A stretch of DNA of 63,642 bases, counting the filler, from Octopus bimaculoides (Eukaryota), in NCBI RefSeq assembly GCF_001194135.2. It is 6 parts of 5 records of this genome, joined end to end, with 100 filler letters (N's around TTAATTAATTAA, not from the genome) between each part and the next. Parts side by side here need not be neighbours in the genome. Positions count along the whole stretch, not along the records: positions 27,300 to 53,374 come from NC_068998.1; positions 53,475 to 60,748 come from NC_068999.1; 4 more parts are not named here. One strand, 5' to 3'. Shown here one piece after another: positions 41,490-54,269 of this stretch (position 1 is the first letter of the stretch; each line of letters opens with the position of its first letter). The notes under the pieces were generated by a model. It saw nothing but the letters and a program-made list of their open reading frames with translations, made no database searches and was not told the DNA's origin. Made by a program: the position numbers and the translations under genes.

Positions 41490-42652
41490 ATGGCTAACAC
41501 AGTGACAACATTGGAAAATGAAGTCAGAACTGCTATATAGACAAATAAATATGATAAATGCTCGTGCAGAGAAAAATCAAGATGCCCATTGATGAACCTC
41601 TGTATGAGTAAAATTGGAAAGAGTTGGATGCGTCTAAATGGCGATTACGAAGGTCCAGCAGCTTGGAAAACTTACTCTGATTGTTCTGATAAGAAAAGAA
41701 CTCCTCAATTTGTTGGTGAGATCCAAGCCAAGATTGACAACGATCCTTCCAAGTCAATAAGGTCCATTGCCAGGGACATGGGAGTGTCTGAGTTTCTTAT
41801 CAGGCAGGCAGTGCATGAAGGCATTCAGTATTCCTCATACAAGATGAGAAAGGGCCAATTTTTATCCCAAGCCATCAAGGACAAGAATAAAGACAGTGCA
41901 ACGAAGCTTTTGAACAAACTCAAGCATCCCCTCCTTTGATTTTTCTCGGACAAGAAAAATTTCTGCCAAGATCAGATGGTGAACACACAGAATAAGCGTT
42001 AGCTTGCCATGTCCCCAAAAACATGTAACAAGAGTGATAAAAATCAAACATCCAGTCAACTTCATGGTGTTTGGAGTGATCAGTAGTGATAGTGACATTA
42101 TGCTTCCATTTGTCTTTCAGCACAGTTTCAGACTCAACATGGAGGCCTACATCAAGTGCCTGGAGGAGGTAGTGCTGCCCTGCATCAAGAAGGTGTCTGA
42201 TGGAAGACCTTCTGTCTGGCAACAGGATTATGCACCATGCCACACAAGCAGGAGAACCCAGTCATGGCTGTCAGACAATTTCTGCAACCACACCACCCCT
42301 AACATCTGACCACCTAACTCCCTAGACTGCAACCCCCCTTCAATATTATGTGTGGGGCACAGTTGAGCGAGAGGCCAACAAAACTCCTTGTAACACCAAA
42401 TATGAACTGAAAGCAAGAATTATGGTAACATTCACCAACTTAAACAAAGAGACCATTCATAAGAGTTGCAGGAGATTCTGAAGTTATCCGGAGGCCATGG
42501 TTGATGCCAATGGCGATTTTATTGGATAAATTTACTCTTTAGTATTTCAAGATAATTCTATGTAATTTTGGTAAATACATCCGTTGAAATGAGATGTCAG
42601 TGTTATTTTCATTTTTGCATAATATAGACGACAATTTATTCACCACACCCTC
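41490..42652 (+). mobile_element. Decayed maT/DD37D-type Tc1-mariner transposon
   Basis: IDNDPSKSIRSIARDMGVSEFLIRQAVHE HTH; MVFGVISSD; VWQQDYAPCHTS; PPNSLDCNPL..YVWG; 3' TIR-like gacaatttattcaccacaccct. Confidence 0.9.
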
Positions 42653-43065
42653 TCTATATATATATGACAGGTTTTTACAGAGTTTCCATGTAACATAAGG
42701 CATCGGCTGCCCATCGGTTTAGTAGAGCCATCTCTGAAGAGTGCTGCACAGTGGAATCAAGTCCAGAACAATGTGTTGGTGAAGTAAACTTCTGAAGATG
42801 CTTATGACTTGGAAGAATACAATTCACTTTTGAGATAAGATCATTTTGGAAAGAGGAATGACATTTAGACTTAGCTCTTCTCAATAAAAGAAATATAAGC
42901 TGAAGGGAAAAGAAAAGAATGATGATCAAGCTACAATATTTAGGGAGCAGCTTTATGTAGCTGAAGGCAAATATGACTAATTTACCTAGAGGGAGGAGAA
43001 ATTTCGCTTACTGATACTGAGCAAAATAAAACAATTTGAATTACGAGATTCATTCTCTCTCTCTT

Positions 43066-43099
<34 letters not shown>

Positions 43100-44054
43100 C
43101 CTCTCTCTCTCTCTCTTCCTGTGTCTCCTCTTTTTCTCTATCTCTTGTTCTCATTCTTATACCCTTCTTCTTTCTCTATCTTATCTAGAGAAAAGAAGTA
43201 CTTTGTTTTGTCAACAATAATCAATATTGAATACTTTATAAAGAAAACAAACTTCAGAAACAATTTCTTACACATAAAAACAAGGAATTGAAATATGGAT
43301 AGATCTAACTATTTGGCATTAGCTTATTCTGTATGCACAGCACACTTGCAAACTAAGTACCTTAACAAATGAAAATGTACGAATATTTCTGAAAAAAAGG
43401 AAAGCATTTTTTTTTAATATTGCTGAATATTGAAAGAAGCTTGTAATTCTGAATATATTCTAACTTTTTGGAATAAATGAAATTTGCTCTGCAACTTTTG
43501 TTTTATTTATTCAATTAAAAATTTAGAATATCTTTTATTAACTTAAATAGTAATGATTCATGAGTTACATGATTTTGTAGAATATATGAAGAGAGAGGGA
43601 GAGAGAAGGATTAAATGTAAGAATATCCTACACAGACACCAAGAAATTCAGAACTGATAGTCAGCATTTTAAAATCAGTGAACTGTAATCCAGTTCTATT
43701 CAGACTAAGATTTGATACAACTGTCTTTCTGCCTACCATTCCACATGCATTTTTCTAAATTGTAAACATTTCATCCCATCTGCCTTATAAGAATACTTAC
43801 TCTGCTACAGTACTAATGAAGGAGCCTCACCAAATCTTCATCTGCTCATGCTGTTTGTTTTAAATGAAGGGTATATGATATAATGTAGTTATTCATAATT
43901 GTAGAAAGTGGTTTGGTCATGACTGAAATGCTTTTAACCATAGATCTGCTCCTTCAGGGTTAACAACAACTGCCATGTATCAGCAAGAGACCCTCAACAT
44001 GGTTAAATGACCTGTTAGAAACTGCAAACAAATATTCTGGAAATTATACCTTAC

Positions 44055-44106
44055 CATCTTCAAAAGGGTAAATCTCACAGGATAATGGGCTTAAAAGATA
44101 CTCTAC
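44055..44106 (-). CDS. Putative exon VEYLLSPLSCEIYPFED (phase 0 to 1)
   Basis: Acceptor catttcatttcag, donor ATG|gtaagg; only open frame; splices in frame to 37817. Confidence 0.55.
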
Positions 44107-44185
44107 CTGAAATGAAATGATGGGATAATAGTTGAACATTGAAAGCTTTTAAACAGAAAGTTTGTTTTGTCAAGGCTTAACTTAC

Positions 44186-44318
44186 TCTGCTATATGTTAC
44201 CTGCACTTTAACCTTTCCACTAACAATGTAAATGTCCCTTCTATTCTTTACTTTGGTAGTCTGAAAGTAACTGTAGCCATAGCATTGGGAATCAGGGGCC
44301 CACAATATTCGTGTCAAT
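44186..44318 (-). CDS. Putative exon LTRILWAPDSQCYGYSYFQTTKVKNRRDIYIVSGKVKVQVTYSR (phase 2 to 0)
   Basis: Acceptor tttccttatag; three in-frame phase-0 donors (after 44252 gtaaag, 44201 gtaaca, 44186 gtaagt). Confidence 0.5.
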
Positions 44319-44450
44319 CTATAAGGAAATTGACTTCTCAACTGTAACACAAACTTCAGAAAATCAACTAAATAAACAATCATTTATCATCAAGTTAGTT
44401 TTACAAGATTGATTTTATTTTGAACTGAAGAGTAAGCAAAAATATCTGAC

Positions 44451-44480
44451 CTGTGTAAAGAACTGAATTTCAAATATTGA
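44451..44480 (-). CDS. Putative 30-nt exon QYLKFSSLH (phase 2 to 2)
   Basis: Acceptor aacttcttag, donor CAG|gtcaga; phase matches 44318. Confidence 0.35.
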
Positions 44481-45059
44481 CTAAGAAGTTAATTTTCTCA
44501 GATAGAAAACAATGATGAATTGTACAATAGCTTTTCTACTAAATAGCTGTCACTTTTCCTGTTAACAAAGATCGGATTTTGCTTCTAAGCATGAAACTTA
44601 AATTTTCTGTTAAATTAATTTCTAATTCATTGAAATTATTTTCCCTTTACATTGAGATTCGCAAACAACTGCTAGAAGATTTTCATTTTCTTTCTCCAAC
44701 TAAACGGCAAATTTCATTAAAATTCTTTGTACATTGTCATTTAGTACATTATTACCAAATCTAAATTCATGCTACTGACCAACTTATTTCATTTGAGTCA
44801 CTTGGTAATTAAGTAAAAGAGCATGTAGTGACCAATAAAGGCTTCATTGATAGCTATGAAATATCTTAAATGCATACACAGAAAAAGATAATGAATTATA
44901 TAATGAAGAGCAATGTCCTGAAGCTTCTTTGTTATGGAGAAGCCTTGCATTGTAATCTACAGTCAATTATGAAATGTAACTGCAGTGTACAAGAGAGCTG
45001 ACCATTACAATGAAATACATAAAGTGAATCCTTTGATGTGTTTTTCTCTTTTTATCTTC

Positions 45060-45440
45060 AAGTCGTCAAACTGTGATCATGCAGGGGCACCACCTTGAAG
45101 AATTTTAGTCAAACAAATCAACCCCTGTGCTTATTGCTTTTAAAACTTGGTATGTATACCATCAGTTCTTTTGTCGAACTGCTAAGTTACAGGGACTTAA
45201 ATACACCAACACCAGTTATGAAGTGGTAAAGGGGGACAAATACAGACACAAAAACACACACACATAGATATATATATATATGTATATACAACAGACTCCA
45301 TTCAGTTTCCATCTACCAAATACACTCAAAAGGCTTTGGGCAGCTGAAGGCTATAGTAGAAGAGAAGGTGCCATGTAGTGAGGGTGAACCTAGAACCATG
45401 TAGTTAGGAAGCAAACTTCTTACCACACAGTTACATGCTA
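45060..45440 (-). mobile_element. Full-length tRNA-derived SINE with internal (TA/TG)n
   Basis: Head gtgtggtaagaagtttgcttcctaactacatggttc; same family as 34270-34410, 47795-48130 and 53195-53360. Confidence 0.8.
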
Positions 45441-45534
45441 CAATTGATTGGTAACTGTTTTGAATTGTGTCTCTTAGTATGTGTTCATATCAAACATCCA
45501 ATGAAAATATATGTATGCATGTGGGTGTAAATAT

Positions 45535-45608
<74 letters not shown>

Positions 45609-46401
45609 ACACACATATAATTATCATCGTTCATACACTTTTCAATGCTTGCATGGATCAGATGGAATTTGTTGGGGCAGATTTTCTATGGCTGGATACT
45701 CTTCCTGTCACAGAATAAGGTGGCAATATTTCTCCACAGGAGACTGAAAACAAACAACGTCACTTGTATGATGGTGATACTCATTTACACTCATCACATG
45801 ATGTTAAAACAAGGGTGCAAACACACACAAATACGTCGGGTTTCTTTCATTTTCTATCTACCAAATCTACTCACAAGGCTTTGTTCAGACTGAGGCAATA
45901 ATAGGAGGTATTTGCTCACGGTACCATGCAGTAGGACAGAATCTAAGACTACATGATTGAGAAGAAGCAATCTTTCTTAACCATACAGTCACAAGTGTAT
46001 GCAAGGCTGTGTGGTTAACACGTTTGCTTACCATCCATGTGGTTTCATGTTCATTCTCAATGCCCAGCATCTTGGGTAAGTACCTTACAATACCCTTGGG
46101 TCAACCAAAGGCTTTTTTAGTGGCTTTGGTAGGCAGAATCTAAACACTGTTGAGTGTATGCATGTGTGTGAGTGTACTCATGTCTTCTTATGTGGGTTCC
46201 ATGTGAATATATATCTTGTTATATCCAAATTGATTCTCTCATTGATGATTTTATGAAGCTATATGAAGCACTTTGGTATGAGACACAAAATTAAAATGAA
46301 TATTTATATTAATATTTCCTCGTGTATATTAGCTTACTCTATAATATGTTTTATATTAAGTATCACTTCTGCAAAACACACACACACATGCATATGCACA
46401 T

Positions 46402-46437
<36 letters not shown>

Positions 46438-46476
46438 ACACACACACACAGAAGGTTTCTCTTAATCTGATTTAAC

Positions 46477-46546
46477 CTTGAAAGGATTTGAATTGAGCAG
46501 AGTCAGAAGAAATTCTGCAAATGATTCAATCCAACCACTAACAGTT
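46477..46546 (-). CDS. Putative exon 3' part TVSGWIESFAEFLLTLLNSNPFK (5' end in N-gap)
   Basis: Open frame to donor AAG|gttaaa. Confidence 0.35.
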
Positions 46547-46771
46547 NNNNNNNNNNNNNNNNNNNNNNNNNNNNNNNNNNNNNNNNNNNNNNNNNNNNNN
46601 NNNNNNNNNNNNNNNNNNNNNNNNNNNNNNNNNNNNNNNNNNNNNNNNNNNNATATATGTATGTATACATGTATGCATATATGTATTTATGCATACACAT
46701 ACATGGATACATATATATGTATAGACACACACACCAAGCATAATCCAGTGAAGTATAAAAATATCACTTAC

Positions 46772-46818
46772 ACTGGGTCACAGAACACTGACTGGCAAAT
46801 TTTAGACTAATATATTTT
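46772..46818 (-). CDS. Putative exon KYISLKFASQCSVTQ (phase 2 to 1)
   Basis: Acceptor tttattgacag, donor AGT|gtaagt; only open frame. Confidence 0.4.
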
Positions 46819-46937
46819 CTGTCAATAAATCTACACATGATTCTCACTGTCAGTTTACCATTTTTCTTTTTATATCTCAATCTTTTTGCAAAGTCGTTTT
46901 ATACTATTTTTTCTCTTTTCTTGAGAGATTTCTTTAC

Positions 46938-47021
46938 TCTCTTTTAGCAGTAACATGGACAGCTTCAATGTGATTTCTTTCCAGAATTCTATCAATGGTT
47001 CAATAATGGCTGGATTTAGAA
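46938..47021 (-). CDS. Putative 84-nt exon, frame ambiguous
   Basis: Strong acceptor ccatcttttcatttcag, donor AGA|gtaaag; phase-1 frame LNPAIIEPLIEFWKEITLKLSMLLLKE is open, phase-2 frame contains TGA. Confidence 0.4.
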
Positions 47022-47794
47022 CTGAAATGAAAAGATGGAAAAAAAACGCAGAAAAAATAAATAAGATAAATCAATTTAAATCGAAGGATGCAACTAAATT
47101 TAAAATAGTAGGCAATCAAGGGAGAAATATGTAAATAGTGTGCTAAGAATTACAATTGGCAAGCTAAAGTTGAGACAGAGATAGAAGTTTATAGACATAC
47201 TAGTATATCCATACCATCAAAAATGGCAGTTATATATTTATCATTTTTGTTTCTTCAGTTTTGAAAGAATTAAGCTGAAAATAGTATTTGATAACTGCAT
47301 CACCATGACATACATTCCATTTATTTGATAAAGATTTATATAATAAAAATAATTAAATTTTTATTGAAAATGTTTTGGAAGTCCAAATTCAAAGAGAATT
47401 AAATATCAGGGAAAGTTAAATATAAAATGTTTTTACATTTTATGGAGTTGAAAACAATAAAATTTTCTTTTAAGATTTCTCCAACTATTATTCTGTTAAA
47501 TCACTGCTGAGCCTCTGCCATCAAAAATGACTGCATTTCAAATATATATTTAAAGTTATTCGTATGAATGACTGATGCCAAAAAAATGCAGAAAAATTCT
47601 CCAGAGCTTATTGCTCACAGTTTTGTTACTTTGGTTCATGTGAACGATATTGCTGACAAGATCCATTGAAAATTATCCTCCCTAAAAGGGGCTGAACCCA
47701 TAGCCTCCTTTTAAATTCTACTTCAAAACATTAGGATAAAAAGTTGCATAAACAATATAAATAAACAATTTAGTGGGACAGAAAAGATATGTAG

Positions 47795-48130
47795 GTGCAG
47801 GAATGACTGTGATAAGAAGTCTGCTTCTCAACTACATGGTTTTGGGTTCAGTCCCAGTGTGTAGCATCTTGGGAAGGTATCTTCTACTATAACCTCGGGC
47901 TGACCAAAGCCTTGAGGGTGGATTTGGTGGAAGGAAACTGAAAGGAGCCTGTTGCATATATGCATGTGTGTCTTTGTGTGTGTTTGTCCAACTGGTGTTG
48001 GTGTATTTAAATCCCAGTAATTTATCAGGTCAACAAAAGAGACTGATAGAACAAGTACCAGGCTTTAAAGACGATATTAAGTACTGGAGTTGATTTGTTT
48101 GACTAAAATTCTTCAAGTTTAATGATTGAC
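47795..48130 (+). mobile_element. Full-length tRNA-derived SINE
   Basis: ggttcagtccc B-box-like motif; ctactataacctcgggctgaccaaagccttg core. Confidence 0.8.
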
Positions 48131-48189
48131 ACAAGAAAAAGAAAATCGAGATAAGATAAAAAAACATCATCAGGACAAGAAAAACCCTG

Positions 48190-48520
48190 GAAAGAAGAAC
48201 ACACACAAGTTTGTAAATTCTACCTGCACAGTGTTTGCTGGCATGGAAACGACAGTGCAAACTGCCTTTTCACACACTCAGAACTGAGCCACAACTGCAT
48301 GAGGCAGGACAAAAAATTCCCTCCAAAGAGAGCATAGGATAAATAAAGATACCAAAGGGGTAAAAATTGCACACTGCCTGTACCAAAATGAAAATACATA
48401 AATGTGGTGTGCACTACTTCCTATAACCAGCCCTATCCAGATGCAATCATAAGAGCTGCAGTTGAGCAACAATCTTCTTTGTGCATGGTGCAAGAGATTG
48501 TGCAGCAACTGATCTGTTGT
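48190..48520 (+). mobile_element. Decayed LINE ORF1-like CCCH zinc-finger fragment
   Basis: VCKFYLHSVCWHGNDSANCLFTHS followed by further decayed Cys/His motifs. Confidence 0.4.
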
Positions 48521-49029
48521 TTCCAGCTGGCTATATGACACAATATCTGTGTCCTTATATTTTTGAACAGGGGAGCTCAGCACTCCCATCCAGCACAAAG
48601 CAACATCTGTGGACCAGTTTCTTGGTTATTGCCCTTTCTCAATACAGAGTAGCTGCTTGATTAGATGGAACTGCTGAATTCCTGTTCGAAAATATATAAT
48701 TTTCAAAGTGACACACAGTTGCTGATCTAATATATATATGTATAGTTATACATATATGTATGTGTGTGTGTATATATATGAAATACAAATCATATTTTGT
48801 AGTTTGAAATGAAGGAAGGTCTGTTGAGTTAAATAAGAAGAGTGAGAATGATTTTACTTATATATGCTTGTATGTCTGTACGTTCATATATGTACATTTC
48901 TTAATTTATTTATTAGGCTTCTGCTAATAAAAAAGAAACTGGTTTCTAACAAGGAAGCAAAGTTTTTTTGCTGGAATTTGGATAACAAAATTAGATATTA
49001 CATGCTGAACTTGCATATTTTTACTGTTT

Positions 49030-50060
49030 TGCTCACAGATGATATCAGCAATGTCTATAATAGCCAGACTCTTTCTCTGCCAAAAATCCTAACTTTCTAG
49101 ATGTCATGTACATTTACTGACATAACCAACTATACTAATAAATAGTGATAAAGATGTGAATCTGCAATCGATATGGAAGCAGTTATCCATAAACATTCTT
49201 CTCACTGATTTTGAAAGAGATGTACTGGGCAGCTAACTTCTATGACTACACATTATTTTTCTTTTCTGTCCCAAATAATTATATCAGGCTTCTTATGTTT
49301 GCACTTGGAAAGAGTTTCAGCATGAACGTTCCACCAATATTCCTTGTCTTGATATGCATGATGATGATGATGATGATGATGTTCAATAACAGTGGTGTGG
49401 TTTGTATTTGTTCCTGGGCAGCCTTTTCTGTGGATAACATTGTATATTATTTAAGCCTTAACAACATCATGTCACAATGGGAGGTAGAACAGTGATGACA
49501 TTTTTAGGCAGCTGCTGACTACAACGTAGTACATTCCCAAAAGAAGGGTTATATGATCAAAATTTATGATTGCATCTGGGGAGTTTAAGGGCATTACTGT
49601 CTTATTTGTTCATTAGATATTTTATACCTATCTCCTGCACTTGGATTGCAAAAGCTTGACTTTTAAGATGTGATTTAATAGTCATAAATCTTAGAAAGGT
49701 TACACTTCATGTTAATGTTATTGCCATCCTCACATTTATGAGAAACATATCCATGCATAACCTATTTGTGATATGTAGAGTGTATCTCTTCCAAGTCTGC
49801 TGAGTTATGTTCGTTCTGCTCTTCTGGTTTCACATGAGAGATTATCAGACGTGAGCGAGTGCATTGCTGACTTGCAGGATGTTATTTTATTTATTTTTGA
49901 GGATTTAGTTGATGAATTTATTTTTGCTGTCATTGTTTAGAAGATGCAGTCTGAATGTATTTTCTTCTGAGACAGAATCTGTCAGTATCGCAGTTTTTCT
50001 GGAAGTTTGCAATTGATGTCAAGATTTTGCAGGCTTGAATGGTTCTTTATTGACAATTGA
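49030..50060 (-). mobile_element. RLE-type LINE 3' region, decayed
   Basis: SHLKSQAFAIQVQEIGIKYLMNK and EYWWNVHAETLSKCKHKKPDIIIWDRKE; homologous to 36365-37115. Confidence 0.8.
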
Positions 50061-50069
50061 AGTATCCCA

Positions 50070-50280
50070 AATCTCGGTTTCAAATATTGGCACAAGACCA
50101 GCAATTTTAGGGGAGGCAATAAGTGGATTACATTGACTCCAGCACTCAACTGGTACTTATTCTATCAAGCCTGAAAGGATGAAATGCAAAGTCAACCCTG
50201 GTGGGATTTGAACTCAGAACATAAAGACAGACAAAATGCCACTAAACATTTTGCCTGGTATGCTAAGGATTCCACCTTAA
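50070..50280 (-). mobile_element. tRNA-derived SINE
   Basis: ttctgagttcaaatccc...gactttgcatttcatcctttc on the minus strand; same family as 35455-35660. Confidence 0.75.
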
Positions 50281-50732
50281 GTATCCCAATTATTGAAATC
50301 AGTACCAATACTACAAAAGCTTTGTAATCTAATATAAACTTGTTTGGTTACTAATTGGTTGCATCATTGTTCACAATAATTTTGTGCATATTTTCAACAA
50401 AACCTATGTATTTGTAGGACTCATCATGTGTGGAATAAGGGATATAGGTAAACCATTGACACAATGGTCTGAGGTTTGAGAAACAATTTTTCTACATAAA
50501 ATTGTTAAACATTTCTTTAGGCCAAATTCCATCCCTGTATTAGTAGGAAATTTGATTAAACCCATCTGTCTTTCAGCATTTTTTATTTATTTATGGGTTT
50601 CAGCCAAGTGGCTGCGGTCATGCTGGTGCACCACCGCATTGTAAATATTTTGAACATAACTCTTCATATTGTTCACAATGAAATAATGTGTTACATTAGT
50701 CTTGTTTGCTGGTGTAGACCATGCAACATAAC

Positions 50733-50846
50733 CAGTAGATATTTGCAAGAGAAATTACAGTGAATTTAGAGTCAAAATATTCTGAAGCACAGTGACCCCA
50801 GGAGGTATGAGTGTGTTCCTGCCTCAATACAGCCAAGATTATGTAG
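50733..50846 (-). CDS. Putative exon YIILAVLRQEHTHTSWGHCASEYFDSKFTVISLANIY (phase 2 to 2)
   Basis: Strong acceptor attttatttccgtatttccttag, weak donor TG|gttatg; 114 nt open. Confidence 0.35.
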
Positions 50847-51810
50847 CTAAGGAAATACGGAAATAAAATTGTAAAAGGATAAATGAATCATTGAGATTAA
50901 AAAAGTTTAAAGAACTTATTTAAACATATTTAATACAGGCACATAAACTCACGCGTTCACACAAACATGCAAGAATGAATAGAAAGACATCCAAGCTTTA
51001 TAGCAAGTCATCATGCATGTGTGAGGGGTGGGGTGAAACACACACACATTAATGCATATTAGGTGGTTGTAATACTGGTGGTAGTGGTGGTGGCTTTGGT
51101 GATGATGGCAGCAGCATCAGAAGCAATTATAATGATGATGGCTATGATGAAATTATTTATATGGCATCTGTTCGTGCATATTCGAATGTATATCTCAGAT
51201 TTCAGATCTTCCTTCCTCATTACCTTGCATCAGGAACCTATACAGCAACAGTCTGATATTTAAAAGTCTATTATTATATCACTCAAAATGTTTAAAAAAT
51301 TTAACCAAGAATTTACCTTAGAAATATTAAAATGAACTTCAATGCATTTCCTTCTTACATCATGGATTTACTACAAGATGCAACAATTACAGCAAAGCAA
51401 TCTCAATTTATCAATATGTCAATGTTAAATATACAAGCTACACAACAGGTGTTGTTATAATGTGTGTTGTATAGAATTGAATGCAAAGCAGGTGACAAAT
51501 CTGAAGGCAAAATATCAAAAGTGGCTGCAGTTTGGGAGATGAGAAATCTTGTGGGCTGTGCAATGTATGAATATATCCTTTGGAATGTTTGTCAATGATG
51601 TGTGATGAGACTAATTGTCCACTGGAAACACATCAATAAAATACTGTAGTTGCTCTCTAGATGGTGGTGAGCAGTACTACAGTTAGCAACTGCTGCTAAT
51701 GTTGATGTGAACTTAAATAGCAAAGTATGCAAAACAATATTCCACCAACATTTACACTGAGAAACTATTTTAAAGGTAACAACACAGTTCCATTAAACTG
51801 TGTGTGTGTG

Positions 51811-51848
<38 letters not shown>

Positions 51849-53194
51849 AGCTTGTTTCAGCATGTTTATGTTTATGAATGTCTCAAGTAAGTTTTGTATA
51901 TGTGTGGGTTTATATGTAAATCTGTGTCTACTTGTGCATTTTTGCATGTATATGAATTTGTGTATCTTTATGTTAGCAAGGTCAAATGATTAAGAAATTT
52001 GCTTCTAGTCAGATGTTTCAAGTTCAATCCCATCATATGGTGGGATTGAACTTAAATTAAACCTTGTGAGGGAAACTTCTTGGAAAGTCATCAGATGGAG
52101 TGCACTAGTAATTCAAGGCCCCAGCTTTGCCACACATTGCTATGTAGATTCTATCTGAGAATTGCATTAAGTGTGCTAGTGTCTATGGAGTACTTAGCCA
52201 CATATATATTAATTAAATGAGTAGGTAGTTCAGTTTAACAAACAACTGAATACTCATGGTTGAATCTGTGGAGGATCCAAGATATATGATCTTTGTGTAT
52301 ATAGTTGCATGGGTTATAGAATATCTGTATATATCTGTCTGAGTGCATCCAAAGTAATGTGGTTTAAAAGTGTATGGCACATGGGCAAGTGTCAGTGTAA
52401 CAGAATGGGTGGTGTTTAGAAGTAATGGTGATACAATTGGTCTGGTGTTGGTAAGTATTTCAAACAGTTAGAGTGGGTTAAGATTGTATTGACTAAGGTA
52501 AGGTCCTTTACTTGACAGTCAACCCTGAACCAGCAGACTTATTATCAAAGATGTTCCAGTCATGACCATCTCATCATTTGGTATATTCAGGGTTATTTAG
52601 ACTGATATATTCTTTCAATTTTTTAGACACTGTTGAATGAGTTGAGATAGATTTGGCTGTTATTTCTAGCAAATCTGGCAAATCAAGCAATCACATGAAA
52701 TTTTCGTTGACTAGCAAATGTTGGATAAATTGAGTTGATAGAATCTGTAGTAATTAAGAAAGAGTGAGTGGTGTTGTTGGAGATGGAGTGAAATGATAAC
52801 AAAGAATAGACATTAAATATTTAAATGTCTCTGATGATTTATTGTTAATACAATAATAATTTTTCAGACTATTAACCACATTTTCAAAGATGAAAACTAT
52901 TTTAATATTTACATCTACACTATGTCGCAATGTGTTTAATCTCCGTTTGTTGTTTTATTCCTGAATAGATACAGAGTATCAAACTGGGTTTAGAACCTTT
53001 TTTTCTAAACTCACTGGGCCAGAAGTGTAATTTTATTTTGAACTTATTTTGATATTGAACCTTCATCTCATTTTCCAAAAATTACCTATATTTACAAATA
53101 GTCCCTACCTCCCTCATTTTACTTAATAAAACAAAAACTGCTCTAAAGAAATATTTATTCATGTAAAAAGGAGGGAAAGAAATATATGTAGATA

Positions 53195-53360
53195 TGTAGG
53201 TGCTGGCATGACTGTGTGGTAAGAAGCTTGCTTCCTAATCACATGGTTCCAGCTTCAGTCCCACAGCTTGGCACCTATAATTTTCTACTGTACCCTCAGG
53301 TTGACCAAAGCCTTGTGAGTGGATTTGACAGACAGAAACTGAAAGAAGTCCATCGTATAT
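53195..53360 (+). mobile_element. tRNA-derived SINE 5' part
   Basis: gtgtggtaagaagcttgcttcc...ttgaccaaagccttgtgagtggatttg; runs into (TA)n and a gap. Confidence 0.8.
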
Positions 53361-54269
53361 ATATATATATATATNNNNNNNNNNNNNNNNNNNNNNNNNN
53401 NNNNNNNNNNNNNNNNNNTTAATTAATTAANNNNNNNNNNNNNNNNNNNNNNNNNNNNNNNNNNNNNNNNNNNNTAACAACCACTCTTGTTGATAGTTGT
53501 TCTTGTTTTCTTTGTGATGTTTCACTCTCGTTGTATAGACTTCCTTTCTACACACGGACAGACACACAGGCATATACACACATGAACATACACGAAAATA
53601 CAGCTACCTTTTTACACAGCCATTCAAACACACACATACACACACATACCCAAACTTACATACATATATATAGATTTACACACATATAAACGGGTATCAC
53701 ATGCTGTGAGTGGAAGGGGTAGGTGTGTGCTCGTCATGAGAAAGTTAGGGGACGCTCTTTAAACTAAAAATAAATGGAAAAAATAAACCCCCCTAAAAGA
53801 AGAGACGGGTACCTATGATACAAAGTAGGAAATTGAAGAGAAAAAAAGGGTTAGGGATCCCTAAATAGTTGTATAATACGGAACACATGATATGAATGAG
53901 GTTAGGAGATCGGATGCATAATGGAGAGTATGTATGTGTATATGTGAATGTATGTATGCGTATGTGTGTGTATGCATGCATGTATGTACGTACCTGTGTA
54001 TGTGTGTATGCATCGGTGTATGTATATTTGCGTGTGTATATGTTTGCATACATACACAAATATATAGTAACATTTATACATATATACATATGTCTACCTA
54101 CATATCTCTACATATATACATACATACATGTGTGTATGTGCGTGTGTCTGTATGTGTGTGCTGTATGTGTGTGTGTGTATTCTTTGTGAGTGTATGTGTT
54201 TCTGTGTGTGTATACTAACAACCGAAATAAGTAGGTGAGTCTCAAATACATAGACAGCACCTACCTCAC

